Shown here piece after piece: positions 22,663 through 31,082 of a stretch of DNA of 64,000 bases. Both the position numbers and the translations under genes were made by a program. The stretch is taken from the sequence record MT586120.1; one strand, written 5' to 3'. Under the pieces are notes generated by a model that was not told the origin of the DNA, made no database searches, and saw only the letters and a list, made by a program, of their open reading frames with translations. Within the stretch, counting starts at the first letter, position 1. Each line of letters starts with the position of its first letter.

Positions 22663-25600
22663 ATGGCTTACAAGATTAATGGCGTCATTCGCTTAGCAGA
22701 TAACGGAGACGCAAATTTAGGTTTAGTAACCGCAACCAATATTAACTCCACTGGTGTAGCCACGGCTACGGAGTTTGATGGTAAGGTATCAAAGAAGGCT
22801 ATAACCGAGCAGACCGAAGGTGATGATTCTAATGTTACTGGTGCCGATGAACTTCTAATTTATGATCAACAGACCGATTCCCTATTAAGAGTGTCTGTTG
22901 ATGATTTTATTAGTGCGTCTGGTATTGGTACTTTAGTTAATGATTTTAATCATATTGATAGTGACTCACTAGTCGTAACTGGACTATCAACTATTGGTGG
23001 AGTTGAGATTGGTGCTGGTATTATTACAGCATCTGCAGGGGTTGGAGTTGTAACATTCTATGGTGATGGTAGTAATTTAGAAGGAGTTATTACTACACCT
23101 TCCATTGTTTCTACCACAGAGCCAACCACTAGACCCAATGGTGATGACCTAGAACAGGGTGACCTATGGTTCTCTAGTGCTGCTGGCGAAGGGCAATTAA
23201 GACAATATACTTATTATAATGGTGCTTGGATTGATTCCAACCCAATGAATGGTGGTACTTCTGTATATGCTGCAGTAGCTGGTGTATCTACTAATGTAAA
23301 TGGAACTGGAATTGTAACTGCTAGCCAAGGTAATTTTAGTGGTATTGTAACTGCAGGTTCTTTTATTGGCGATGGGTCAGGTCTAACTGGTTTAGGTGAT
23401 TTGACTGGAGCCACTGGTGCAACTGGTGCAGATTCAATTGTTCCAGGTCCCCAAGGTTCTACTGGTGCTACTGGTCCTAAAGGTGATCAAGGTGATGCAG
23501 TAATTGGAGCCACTGGATCCACTGGTCCCCAAGGAGATATTGGTGCTTCTGGTGCTACTGGTCCTAAAGGAGACCAAGGTGATGCCGTAATTGGTGCTAC
23601 TGGCGCTACTGGTGACCAAGGTGATGAGGGTCCTGTAGGAGCTTCTGGTGCTACTGGTCCCAAAGGTGACCAAGGTGATGCAATTATTGGTGCTACTGGC
23701 GCTACTGGTGACCAAGGTGATGAGGGTCCTGTAGGAGCTTCTGGTGCTACTGGTCCCAAAGGTGACCAAGGTGATGCAGTAATCGGTGCTACCGGTCCTC
23801 AAGGTGATATTGGTGCCTCTGGTGCAACTGGTCCTCAAGGTGATATTGGTGCCTCTGGTGCTACTGGTCCTAAAGGAGACCCAGGTTCTGCTGGGGTTTC
23901 TGCTACATTAACAGCAGGTACATATCTATCCGGTGATTCATATAACGGCAGCACTAGTAGAACTTGGACAGTAGATGCTACTTCATCAAATACTGCGTCT
24001 AAAGTTGTTGCTAGAGATGCTAGTGGTAATTCTAGTTTTAAGAAAATAACAGTAGATACTGATTCCGATACTGATGGACAGGTAGCTGCACATTTCTATG
24101 GTGCGAATGGGTCTACGAATCGCGGTCTTGAAGTACGCCTTTCTTCGGCGGGTTCTATAGATAATGCTAAGGTTATTTTAGATGCCAAACAAGCTGCAGA
24201 TGGTGAACTTTGGATTGCTACTAGGGGTGTAGAAAGAGCTGCATTTGATAGTGGATCTTTTAAAATGGGTGCGAATGTTGGCACTTCGCCAGAAGTTCTG
24301 ATTAATAGCTCTGGTGATGCCACCTTCGCTGGCGATATCACCGCAGCTAGTTTTAGTGGTGATGGTTCTGGTCTAACCAACCTACCTGGTGGTGGTAGTC
24401 CCGGAGATCCTTCTGCTGCTTCTGCTGATAAACTAACAACATCTAGAACCTTATGGGGTCAAAGCTTTGATGGTACTGCTAATGTATCAGGTAATCTTAC
24501 TGGTGTGACCAATATTACCTTATCAGGTACTGTTGATGGTCGTAATGTATTGGATGATGGTCAAGCTGGTGATAACCTAATAACATTAAGTGGTGTTGCT
24601 CGCGATGCTACTAATCTAGGAACCTTCACAGGCGCTACTATTTCTGATAATGACACCATTAAAGGAGCTTTACAAGACCTAGAGACCGCATTGGAATCAA
24701 CTCCAGGCTCTCCCAGCGGTCCTACTGGTGGTGAGGCAGATAGTCTATTGCTAGCAGCACGTAATAGTACCAATGCAACTCACTATCTAACATTCGCAAC
24801 CGCACGGACTGGACAGCAGTCTCAATATACTGATACTGGATTAACATATAACCCAAGCACAAATACTCTTAGTGCAACATTTAGTGGTAATGGTTCTAGT
24901 CTAACTTCACTCAATGCATCTAATCTTGGTTCTGGAACCATTCCCAACGATAGATTCCCTGCTGTATTACCAACAGTTAGTGGAGAAAATCTAACTAACT
25001 TACCTGGTAGTGGATCCCCAGGCGCTCCTGGTGCCGCTACGATTGCAGTAACTGACGAATCATCTGACACAGAAAACTTCCTAGTATTCACTAATGATGC
25101 TGTAGGTAATGAGCTTCCAAAGACTGGAAGTAATTTAACATTTAATGCATCTACAGGACGGCTAACAGCCACTAGCTTTAGTGGTAATGGTTCTAGTCTA
25201 ACTTCACTCAATGCATCTAATCTTAGTTCTGGAACCATTCCCAACGATAGATTCCCTGCTATATTACCAGTAGCTGATGGTTCTAACTTAACTAACATTA
25301 GTCGTTCTGACGTATCAACTAGTGTACAAGTAATTACAAATAATACTGCTAACGAAACTGTATTTATTACCTTTTCTGACGGTCAATCAGGAACCCAAAG
25401 AATAGAAACTGATGTCGATCTTACTTACAATCCTTCGACAAATACTCTCAGTGCAACATTCTCTGGTAATGGTTCTAATCTAACTAACCTAACTTCAGGT
25501 AACCTAGTGGGTGCTTTGCCTGCTATTGATGGTTCTTCTCTTACTGGAATTAATGCAGCAAAGGATGGTATATTCTACGAAAACGGCACAAATGTTACGC

Positions 25601-25710
25601 AGAATTATACAATCACTTCAGGCAAAAATGCTATGAGTGCTGGTCCAATCACTATTAATACCGGAGTAACCGTAACAGTTCCTACTGGATCTGAGTGGAC
25701 AGTTGTGTAA
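22663..25710 (+). CDS. Tail fibre-like protein with collagen tract
   Basis: F.GDGS.LT.L repeats, Gly-X-Y tract, C-terminal [14 protein letters not shown]...AMSAGPITI...WTVV motif of marine phage fibres. Confidence 0.8.
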   Translation: MAYKINGVIRLADNGDANLGLVTATNINSTGVATATEFDGKVSKKAITEQTEGDDSNVTGADELLIYDQQTDSLLRVSVDDFISASGIGTLVNDFNHIDSDSLVVTGLSTIGGVEIGAGIITASAGVGVVTFYGDGSNLEGVITTPSIVSTTEPTTRPNGDDLEQGDLWFSSAAGEGQLRQYTYYNGAWIDSNPMNGGTSVYAAVAGVSTNVNGTGIVTASQGNFSGIVTAGSFIGDGSGLTGLGDLTGATGATGADSIVPGPQGSTGATGPKGDQGDAVIGATGSTGPQGDIGASGATGPKGDQGDAVIGATGATGDQGDEGPVGASGATGPKGDQGDAIIGATGATGDQGDEGPVGASGATGPKGDQGDAVIGATGPQGDIGASGATGPQGDIGASGATGPKGDPGSAGVSATLTAGTYLSGDSYNGSTSRTWTVDATSSNTASKVVARDASGNSSFKKITVDTDSDTDGQVAAHFYGANGSTNRGLEVRLSSAGSIDNAKVILDAKQAADGELWIATRGVERAAFDSGSFKMGANVGTSPEVLINSSGDATFAGDITAASFSGDGSGLTNLPGGGSPGDPSAASADKLTTSRTLWGQSFDGTANVSGNLTGVTNITLSGTVDGRNVLDDGQAGDNLITLSGVARDATNLGTFTGATISDNDTIKGALQDLETALESTPGSPSGPTGGEADSLLLAARNSTNATHYLTFATARTGQQSQYTDTGLTYNPSTNTLSATFSGNGSSLTSLNASNLGSGTIPNDRFPAVLPTVSGENLTNLPGSGSPGAPGAATIAVTDESSDTENFLVFTNDAVGNELPKTGSNLTFNASTGRLTATSFSGNGSSLTSLNASNLSSGTIPNDRFPAILPVADGSNLTNISRSDVSTSVQVITNNTANETVFITFSDGQSGTQRIETDVDLTYNPSTNTLSATFSGNGSNLTNLTSGNLVGALPAIDGSSLTGINAAKDGIFYENGTNVTQNYTITSGKNAMSAGPITINTGVTVTVPTGSEWTVV
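23590..23778 (+). repeat. Exact 93-nt tandem duplication (period 96)
   Basis: 23590-23682 identical to 23686-23778. Confidence 0.85.
24880..25269 (+). repeat. 93-nt direct repeat with 2 mismatches
   Basis: 24880-24972 vs 25177-25269 ([27 protein letters not shown]). Confidence 0.85.
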
Positions 25711-25755
25711 TTTATGATATACTATATACTTTATAATTGAAGTATAATCATTACA

Positions 25756-25929
25756 ATGAACAAGGACAGACGATTTTTCGTCGAAATACAAGAAGACGTT
25801 GCCTCTGGTGACCTTATTGTTAGTATTCCCCCAGAAATCCTCAACGAGTATTGCTGGTATGAGGGTGCTGAGTTAGAATGGGCACTGGAGGGTGACGAAG
25901 TGATCCTCCGCGAATCAACTAATGACTGA
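25756..25929 (+). CDS. AbrB/MazE-like small DNA-binding protein (57 aa, not in track)
   Basis: FFVEIQEDVASGDLIVSIPPEILNEYCWYEGAELEWALEGDEVIL fits a swapped-hairpin pattern. Confidence 0.6.
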   Translation: MNKDRRFFVEIQEDVASGDLIVSIPPEILNEYCWYEGAELEWALEGDEVILRESTND

Positions 25930-26107
25930 TACAATCTATCACATTTACATGAACAACACTTGTATTCGGGCTTGCCTAAGTGAGTCTGAATTCAAAAAGG
26001 AAATGGTCGGCATCAAAACATATTTGGAGTTGACCAATCACAGTAAAGATGCTACACTTGAATACGTAGAGTGCGAAGCGCCTACTTATACAGATGCTTC
26101 GTACTAA
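25922..26107 (+). CDS. Conserved cyanophage hypothetical protein
   Basis: 61 aa, overlapping the upstream gene. Confidence 0.65.
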   Translation: MTDTIYHIYMNNTCIRACLSESEFKKEMVGIKTYLELTNHSKDATLEYVECEAPTYTDASY

Positions 26108-26153
26108 CTACAGTACTAGTATTAATTGAAACGTTTCATTATTATCGAATATT

Positions 26154-26921
26154 ATGGCTAAAGGATTTACCGTCAAAGCAAAAGAACCACCCAAGGGTAA
26201 GGTTGCTGATCAAGTTGAAGAGTGGGATTATGCAAAGGCAAAGGAGATGCTCAGAGGTAAGAGCATTGTTTTCTGCCTCCCTGGTCGTGGCGTAAGCTAT
26301 ACCTACCTAAAGAACTTTGTTCAAATGTGTTTTGACCTAGTTCAAATGGGAGCATCTATTCAGATCTCTCAAGACTACAGTTCAATGGTCAACTTTGCAC
26401 GTTGTAAGTGTCTTGGTGCTAACGTTCTACGTGGACCCGACCAGATTCCCTGGGACGGTAAGCTTAAGTATGACTACCAGCTCTGGATTGATAGCGACAT
26501 CGTATTCAACACCCAGAAGCTACTCCAACTCGTTCTTATGGACAAGGACATTGCTACTGGTTGGTACTCTACTGAAGATGGTCGCACCACTTCCGTAGCT
26601 CACTGGCTAGAAGAAGATGACTTCGCCAAGAACGGTGGTGTTATGAACCACGAAATGGTTGAAGGAATCTCCAAGCGTAAGAAGCCTTTCACTGTTGACT
26701 ATGCTGGCTTCGGTTGGATCCTACTTAAGAACGGTGTGTTTGAGCACCCCGAGATGAAGTACCCCTGGTTCGCTCCCAAGATGCAAGTCTTTGATTCAGG
26801 CGCTGTACAAGATATGTGTGGTGAAGATGTTAGCTTCTGCCTAGATGCTATCGCTGCTGGCTTTGAGATCTGGTGTGATCCTCGCATCCGCGTAGGACAC
26901 GAAAAGACCCGAGTCATCTGA
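26154..26921 (+). CDS. Conserved cyanophage GT-A-like protein
   Basis: IVFCLPG, VNFARCKCLG, LWIDSDIVF (DxD), CGEDVSFC, RVGHEK. Confidence 0.75.
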   Translation: MAKGFTVKAKEPPKGKVADQVEEWDYAKAKEMLRGKSIVFCLPGRGVSYTYLKNFVQMCFDLVQMGASIQISQDYSSMVNFARCKCLGANVLRGPDQIPWDGKLKYDYQLWIDSDIVFNTQKLLQLVLMDKDIATGWYSTEDGRTTSVAHWLEEDDFAKNGGVMNHEMVEGISKRKKPFTVDYAGFGWILLKNGVFEHPEMKYPWFAPKMQVFDSGAVQDMCGEDVSFCLDAIAAGFEIWCDPRIRVGHEKTRVI

Positions 26922-26932
26922 TCACTTTATAA

Positions 26933-26976
26933 ACTGTCCACCACCTCCTACGGGGGGTGGTTTTTTAATGTATAAT
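26933..26976 (+). promoter_or_regulatory. Terminator hairpin fused to an early-type promoter
   Basis: ACTGTCCAC 26933, CCACCTCC/GGGGGTGG stem, T6, TGTATAAT 26969-26976. Confidence 0.65.
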
Positions 26977-26998
26977 AACTCTGTTCGAGTAAATTCCT

Positions 26999-27208
26999 AT
27001 GTCTAAAGGCATCACAAATCTATTAGTTCAAGTAGATCATTCCGATGGTCATAAATATACCTTCACAAAAGATTTTCATGGCATCAAAATTAAATATACG
27101 TCTGATCTAATTTCTGAAGATTTGCCCCGAGAGGTATTCATCCCAGATAATTCTGTATCAGCTATTATTCATGCTTTGAGCCTCATCTCTCAAAATCCAG
27201 AATACTGA
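26999..27208 (+). CDS. Hypothetical protein
   Basis: 69-aa ORF downstream of the promoter. Confidence 0.55.
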   Translation: MSKGITNLLVQVDHSDGHKYTFTKDFHGIKIKYTSDLISEDLPREVFIPDNSVSAIIHALSLISQNPEY

Positions 27209-27216
27209 AAAATATT

Positions 27217-27711
27217 ATGTATACACACAACGAACATCCTGGGTTCTACGATAAGTGGTTTAAGATTTGGTCTGACTGCACCCCAGAAGTACTAGACGCC
27301 ACTGCTATTATCCGTGTAATGGAATGCACTAATGGTTGCGTTCAGTATGGTTTTCGTGGAGAAAGCCCCAACGCACTATCGGTAGAACAGACCCGTGAGT
27401 GTATGAAGGTCTCTATGGGGGCTATAAAGAGCAAGAAGCTGCCTCTACCAACAGGGGAGGTAATCTATATGCCCGAAGAAGCAATCCCCCTTATGAACGA
27501 AGCTAGGGACCTCTACCAGAAAATGAAGGCAAGAGACATTGATGCTTATGATGAGTTCTTTGCTCTATCCACAGCACACTTCCATGTCCTAGGCAAGAAG
27601 ATTATTGACGAGAAGTTTGCATTCTTAACAGAACATTTTGGTGATGTCTTCACTGAGTATTGGATTGATAGGGGTAGGGAGTATATCTATGATGCTCTAA
27701 GTCCAGCCTAA
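27217..27711 (+). CDS. Conserved cyanophage hypothetical protein
   Basis: 164 aa, phage-typical codon usage. Confidence 0.7.
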   Translation: MYTHNEHPGFYDKWFKIWSDCTPEVLDATAIIRVMECTNGCVQYGFRGESPNALSVEQTRECMKVSMGAIKSKKLPLPTGEVIYMPEEAIPLMNEARDLYQKMKARDIDAYDEFFALSTAHFHVLGKKIIDEKFAFLTEHFGDVFTEYWIDRGREYIYDALSPA

Positions 27712-27735
27712 ATAACTATAACAGCCTGTATCATC

Positions 27736-27915
27736 ATGTCTGAATCTGCCTCACGTGTTTATGATGCCGTTACTCAGGCTGGTATGAGTATCACTCCCGA
27801 AGCCATTGCTGCTGCTATTAGGTGTGCCGCAATGGAATGTCGGGATGATCAAGGCAACATTAGCCTAGCTAAGATGTACGAATTAACCTGTGAATTAGAA
27901 ACTATTTTATTATGA
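27736..27915 (+). CDS. Small hypothetical protein (59 aa, not in track)
   Basis: MSESASRVYDAVTQAG...; ATGA coupling to the next gene. Confidence 0.55.
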   Translation: MSESASRVYDAVTQAGMSITPEAIAAAIRCAAMECRDDQGNISLAKMYELTCELETILL

Positions 27916-28172
27916 ATCCAATTTATTATCTCGATGCCGTACTTGTTATCATTGTAGTTATTGCTATTATGGATGCTAATGTGGCTCCTTGGTTAGGGCT
28001 ACAGTTTAAGGTATTGACTGTGGAATTACGTAGGCAGTGGCTTCTTCTTAAGATGAAGCCCGATCTATGGCTAATGAAGTGGAGAATGAAAAGAGTTCTT
28101 AAGAAACTACAGCAGGATGCAGAGCTTCAGGCTATAATCAAAGAACATTATGAACAAGAGAAAAAAGAATGA
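27912..28172 (+). CDS. Hypothetical protein
   Basis: 86 aa, hydrophobic N-terminus. Confidence 0.65.
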   Translation: MNPIYYLDAVLVIIVVIAIMDANVAPWLGLQFKVLTVELRRQWLLLKMKPDLWLMKWRMKRVLKKLQQDAELQAIIKEHYEQEKKE

Positions 28173-28348
28173 TACTTTTAGCGGCAGCAGCCACAACAAT
28201 GCTCACTTGTGCCCAAGTGCAGCACGTTGAGAAGGGTGTTTTAGTACACCCTCTCCTCACATACACCCAAAGAGCAGAGATTATATTAGAGCTTGATATC
28301 GCAACAAACGAAGAATGTGATTTGGGTTATAACAATGGGGATGTTTGA
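28169..28348 (+). CDS. Small hypothetical protein (59 aa, not in track)
   Basis: MILLAAAATTMLTCAQV...; ATGA coupling. Confidence 0.55.
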   Translation: MILLAAAATTMLTCAQVQHVEKGVLVHPLLTYTQRAEIILELDIATNEECDLGYNNGDV

Positions 28349-28691
28349 TGAGGTAAAATGCTCTGCCCCCATTGGAGAGCTTACTAATGTCTTAACACAG
28401 ACAAAGGATATATCAGATGATTACTGGGAGGGGGGCACAATGTCCTTCTACTGGATTGACCCATCTGGTCATATGTGGGCAACCGATTACTCTGGTACAT
28501 ATGATTTTGTCTTTGATGGGACAAGATATACTACAGTAAGAACTAAAAATAGGGGTAAATTATTTCCAATGAGCATCACTCGAAGTATAGAAATATACAA
28601 TTGTAAGATGCAAGCCGATGGGTATGTTGATACTACGCTGTGTGAGCTTAGGATATGCGAAGGGAAGCTAATAAATTACAAGTATAAATAA
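28335..28691 (+). CDS. Conserved phage hypothetical protein
   Basis: MGMFDEVKCSAP...QTKD...YWIDPSG; ATG 28335 preferred to TTG 28293. Confidence 0.65.
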   Translation: MGMFDEVKCSAPIGELTNVLTQTKDISDDYWEGGTMSFYWIDPSGHMWATDYSGTYDFVFDGTRYTTVRTKNRGKLFPMSITRSIEIYNCKMQADGYVDTTLCELRICEGKLINYKYK

Positions 28692-28715
28692 ACCATACGG
28701 ATTTATTTTGTTACG

Positions 28716-30176
28716 ATGGACCTCAATTCTTATATTCAGCTCAAAGAGGCATACTCTCAGGTAGGTAAGCCACAACAACTAACCGAGAATGTTGACTCTA
28801 TCTGGGAAGAAGTTGAAGCATTTGCTCACGCCCTAGTAGAAGAGGAGGGGCTTGACCTAAGTGATATGACTTGGGATGAGGTCCGTGATGCATATTTACA
28901 AGAGCAGGGTAGTGGTCAAAGAGGCAGCGCAAGAAGAAATGCTGCGGCACGCGCAAACAGAGATCCAGAAGCTGGTAGGACGAGAAGCCAGCAGCAGATG
29001 GACGCCAAGATTGATAAAGAATTTGGTAGTAAGAATCCAAAAACAGGTCTAGCCAACTTAGGATCAAATTACGCTGCTCAAGAGAAAGCCGCAGCAAAAG
29101 CAGCAGAAGCATCTAGAGGATCAGGTGGATCAAGTCTTTCTTCTGCTGTTGCTGAAAAACAGGCTAAAGCTAAAGCTAAACTAGAAGCACAAAGGAATAG
29201 TGGCGGAACTGGTGCTACTAGTAATAGTAAGACAACAGCCAAGACAACAACCAAGCCAGAAACCAAGACAACAACTCAGACAACAACCAAGACATCTACT
29301 CCAGCAGCTAAGACCCAGCCTGCTGCTCCTGCTAAAGATCGTATGGCTGGTGCTTCCAAGGCTGACCGTATGGGTGCTTGGGCGAAAGCTAATCCAAAAC
29401 TAGCTGCTGCTCAAAAGCAAAGAGCTGCTACAAGAGGAACTAGTGCGACAACTAACCCAATGATGAAGGACTTGGCTAAGCGTATGCCCAAGCCTGCTGC
29501 TCCTAATAAGCCTTCTGGTGGTGGATTGTCTGCAGTAAAACCACAGAGTTTCAATACTTCTGTTGCCGCAGGAAGCGCAATGAAGTCAGCTGCCTCTAAG
29601 CCAACACCAAAACCAGCTGCTCCTAGTTTCGGTGCTGGTATTAAGGCTGGGTCTATGCTTAAGAAAGAAGAGTTTAGTGATTTTGATATCATCCTAACCC
29701 ACCTAATTGAGCAAGGTTTTGGTGATGACGAAGCTCTCACTCTTATGGTCAATATGACCGAAGAGAAGCGTGAAGAGATCCTAGAGAACCGTCGTGCTGC
29801 TCGCGCTGCTGGTGGCTACAAAGATGACTCTAAGAAGCAAACTGATCCATCCAAGGATGGTTTCACTGGTATCTCTGGTTCTATCAAAGATATTATGAGG
29901 CAAAGTGCTGCTATGGATAAGAAGAAGAAGCAGAAAACCCAAAAGGAAGAAACTGATTCTCTCTACCAGGCATATCTCTCTATGATGAGTGAGGAAGAGT
30001 CTGATAAGCGTAATGACAAGCACCTAGAAAGCGGCGGACACGCAGCTAAGACCGACTACAGCAAGCCTCCTGCTACTGGTAACGACTTCGGTAAGAAGAA
30101 GCCTTTGAGTGATGAGGAGCGCAGTGCTGCTATGGCTAAGATTGTAGCTAAACTTAAAAAGCAAGGTGGTAAGTAG
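28716..30176 (+). CDS. Low-complexity late protein, possible internal head protein
   Basis: TATAAATA at 28683; acidic helical blocks alternate with Ala/Lys/Pro/Thr-rich basic tracts. Confidence 0.65.
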   Translation: MDLNSYIQLKEAYSQVGKPQQLTENVDSIWEEVEAFAHALVEEEGLDLSDMTWDEVRDAYLQEQGSGQRGSARRNAAARANRDPEAGRTRSQQQMDAKIDKEFGSKNPKTGLANLGSNYAAQEKAAAKAAEASRGSGGSSLSSAVAEKQAKAKAKLEAQRNSGGTGATSNSKTTAKTTTKPETKTTTQTTTKTSTPAAKTQPAAPAKDRMAGASKADRMGAWAKANPKLAAAQKQRAATRGTSATTNPMMKDLAKRMPKPAAPNKPSGGGLSAVKPQSFNTSVAAGSAMKSAASKPTPKPAAPSFGAGIKAGSMLKKEEFSDFDIILTHLIEQGFGDDEALTLMVNMTEEKREEILENRRAARAAGGYKDDSKKQTDPSKDGFTGISGSIKDIMRQSAAMDKKKKQKTQKEETDSLYQAYLSMMSEEESDKRNDKHLESGGHAAKTDYSKPPATGNDFGKKKPLSDEERSAAMAKIVAKLKKQGGK

Positions 30177-30207
30177 GACTAAATAAACTGTCCAACTGGA
30201 GTGTCTT

Positions 30208-30366
30208 ATGACCGTTCCACGCAATTACTTAATGAGATATTGTGTGATAGGTTACAAAGACGATAAAAAACGCGAAGAGTTCTTTAATTCAGGTAGAGAT
30301 GCCTGGATTATGGAGAGCTACTTAAAGCGGAATGGTTACCGTGGTGTTAGAATCTCGGTCAAATAA
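30208..30366 (+). CDS. Small hypothetical protein (52 aa, not in track)
   Basis: GGAG before ATG; MTVPRNYLMRYCVIGYKDD... Confidence 0.5.
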   Translation: MTVPRNYLMRYCVIGYKDDKKREEFFNSGRDAWIMESYLKRNGYRGVRISVK

Positions 30367-30372
30367 ATAGAG

Positions 30373-30408
30373 CCTCCCTATGTGGGAGGTTTTTTTATGT
30401 GTTATAAT
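30373..30408 (+). terminator. Intrinsic terminator fused to extended -10 promoter
   Basis: CCTCCC-TATGT-GGGAGG, T7, TGTTATAAT 30400-30408. Confidence 0.7.
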
Positions 30409-30452
30409 GAACATAAGGGTATCCCTAAATAAAATATACGCAAGTATAACTT

Positions 30453-30854
30453 ATGAATACTTATGGTTCTCCAGAAGGTTACCTATATAACCTTCATACC
30501 TGCTCCCCATCGGAAGCAAAGAGGATGTGGAAGAAAGCTATTAAAGAACAATGGGGTAATAAATGCGCTTACTGTGGCTCAGATACAAACCTAACATTAG
30601 ATCATATAGTTCCACGTTCAAAAGGAGGTAGTAACCATACAACAAATGTATTATGTGCATGTGAATCATGCAACGCAGACAAAGCATATACTGAATGGAT
30701 CATCTGGTATATCGAACAACCATTCTTCACAGAAGAGCGCCGTGAGGCAATCGAAAAATGGATGTTCCCTACAGAGGAAGTAAATCCAAATCTATTTGTG
30801 CAGGAGCAACCAAAGAGATACTCTTATGGTACCCGCAGAACTAGAGCTTACTGA
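30453..30854 (+). CDS. HNH endonuclease
   Basis: CAYCG...LTLDHIVPRSKGG.N...NVLCACESCNADK. Confidence 0.9.
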   Translation: MNTYGSPEGYLYNLHTCSPSEAKRMWKKAIKEQWGNKCAYCGSDTNLTLDHIVPRSKGGSNHTTNVLCACESCNADKAYTEWIIWYIEQPFFTEERREAIEKWMFPTEEVNPNLFVQEQPKRYSYGTRRTRAY

Positions 30855-30878
30855 CTCTTATCCTTTACACACTTTTAT

Positions 30879-30992
30879 ATGGACTCCCACCCGAGTAGCT
30901 TAGAAAACGAGATAGACGAATTAAAACAGGGCTTTATGGGCTCTATTCTAGGAGCAATTATATACATACTTCCCTTTATCATACTTCTTTAA
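30879..30992 (+). CDS. Small membrane peptide (37 aa, not in track)
   Basis: MDSHPSSLENEIDELKQGFMGSILGAIIYILPFIILL. Confidence 0.4.
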   Translation: MDSHPSSLENEIDELKQGFMGSILGAIIYILPFIILL

Positions 30993-31082
30993 AAAAGTCA
31001 AGTCAAATTAGGTGTATAAATAATCGTAAGGAGATTATATGAATGTGATTTTCTTCTTACATTAGCCTGATCTGACGTAGCA

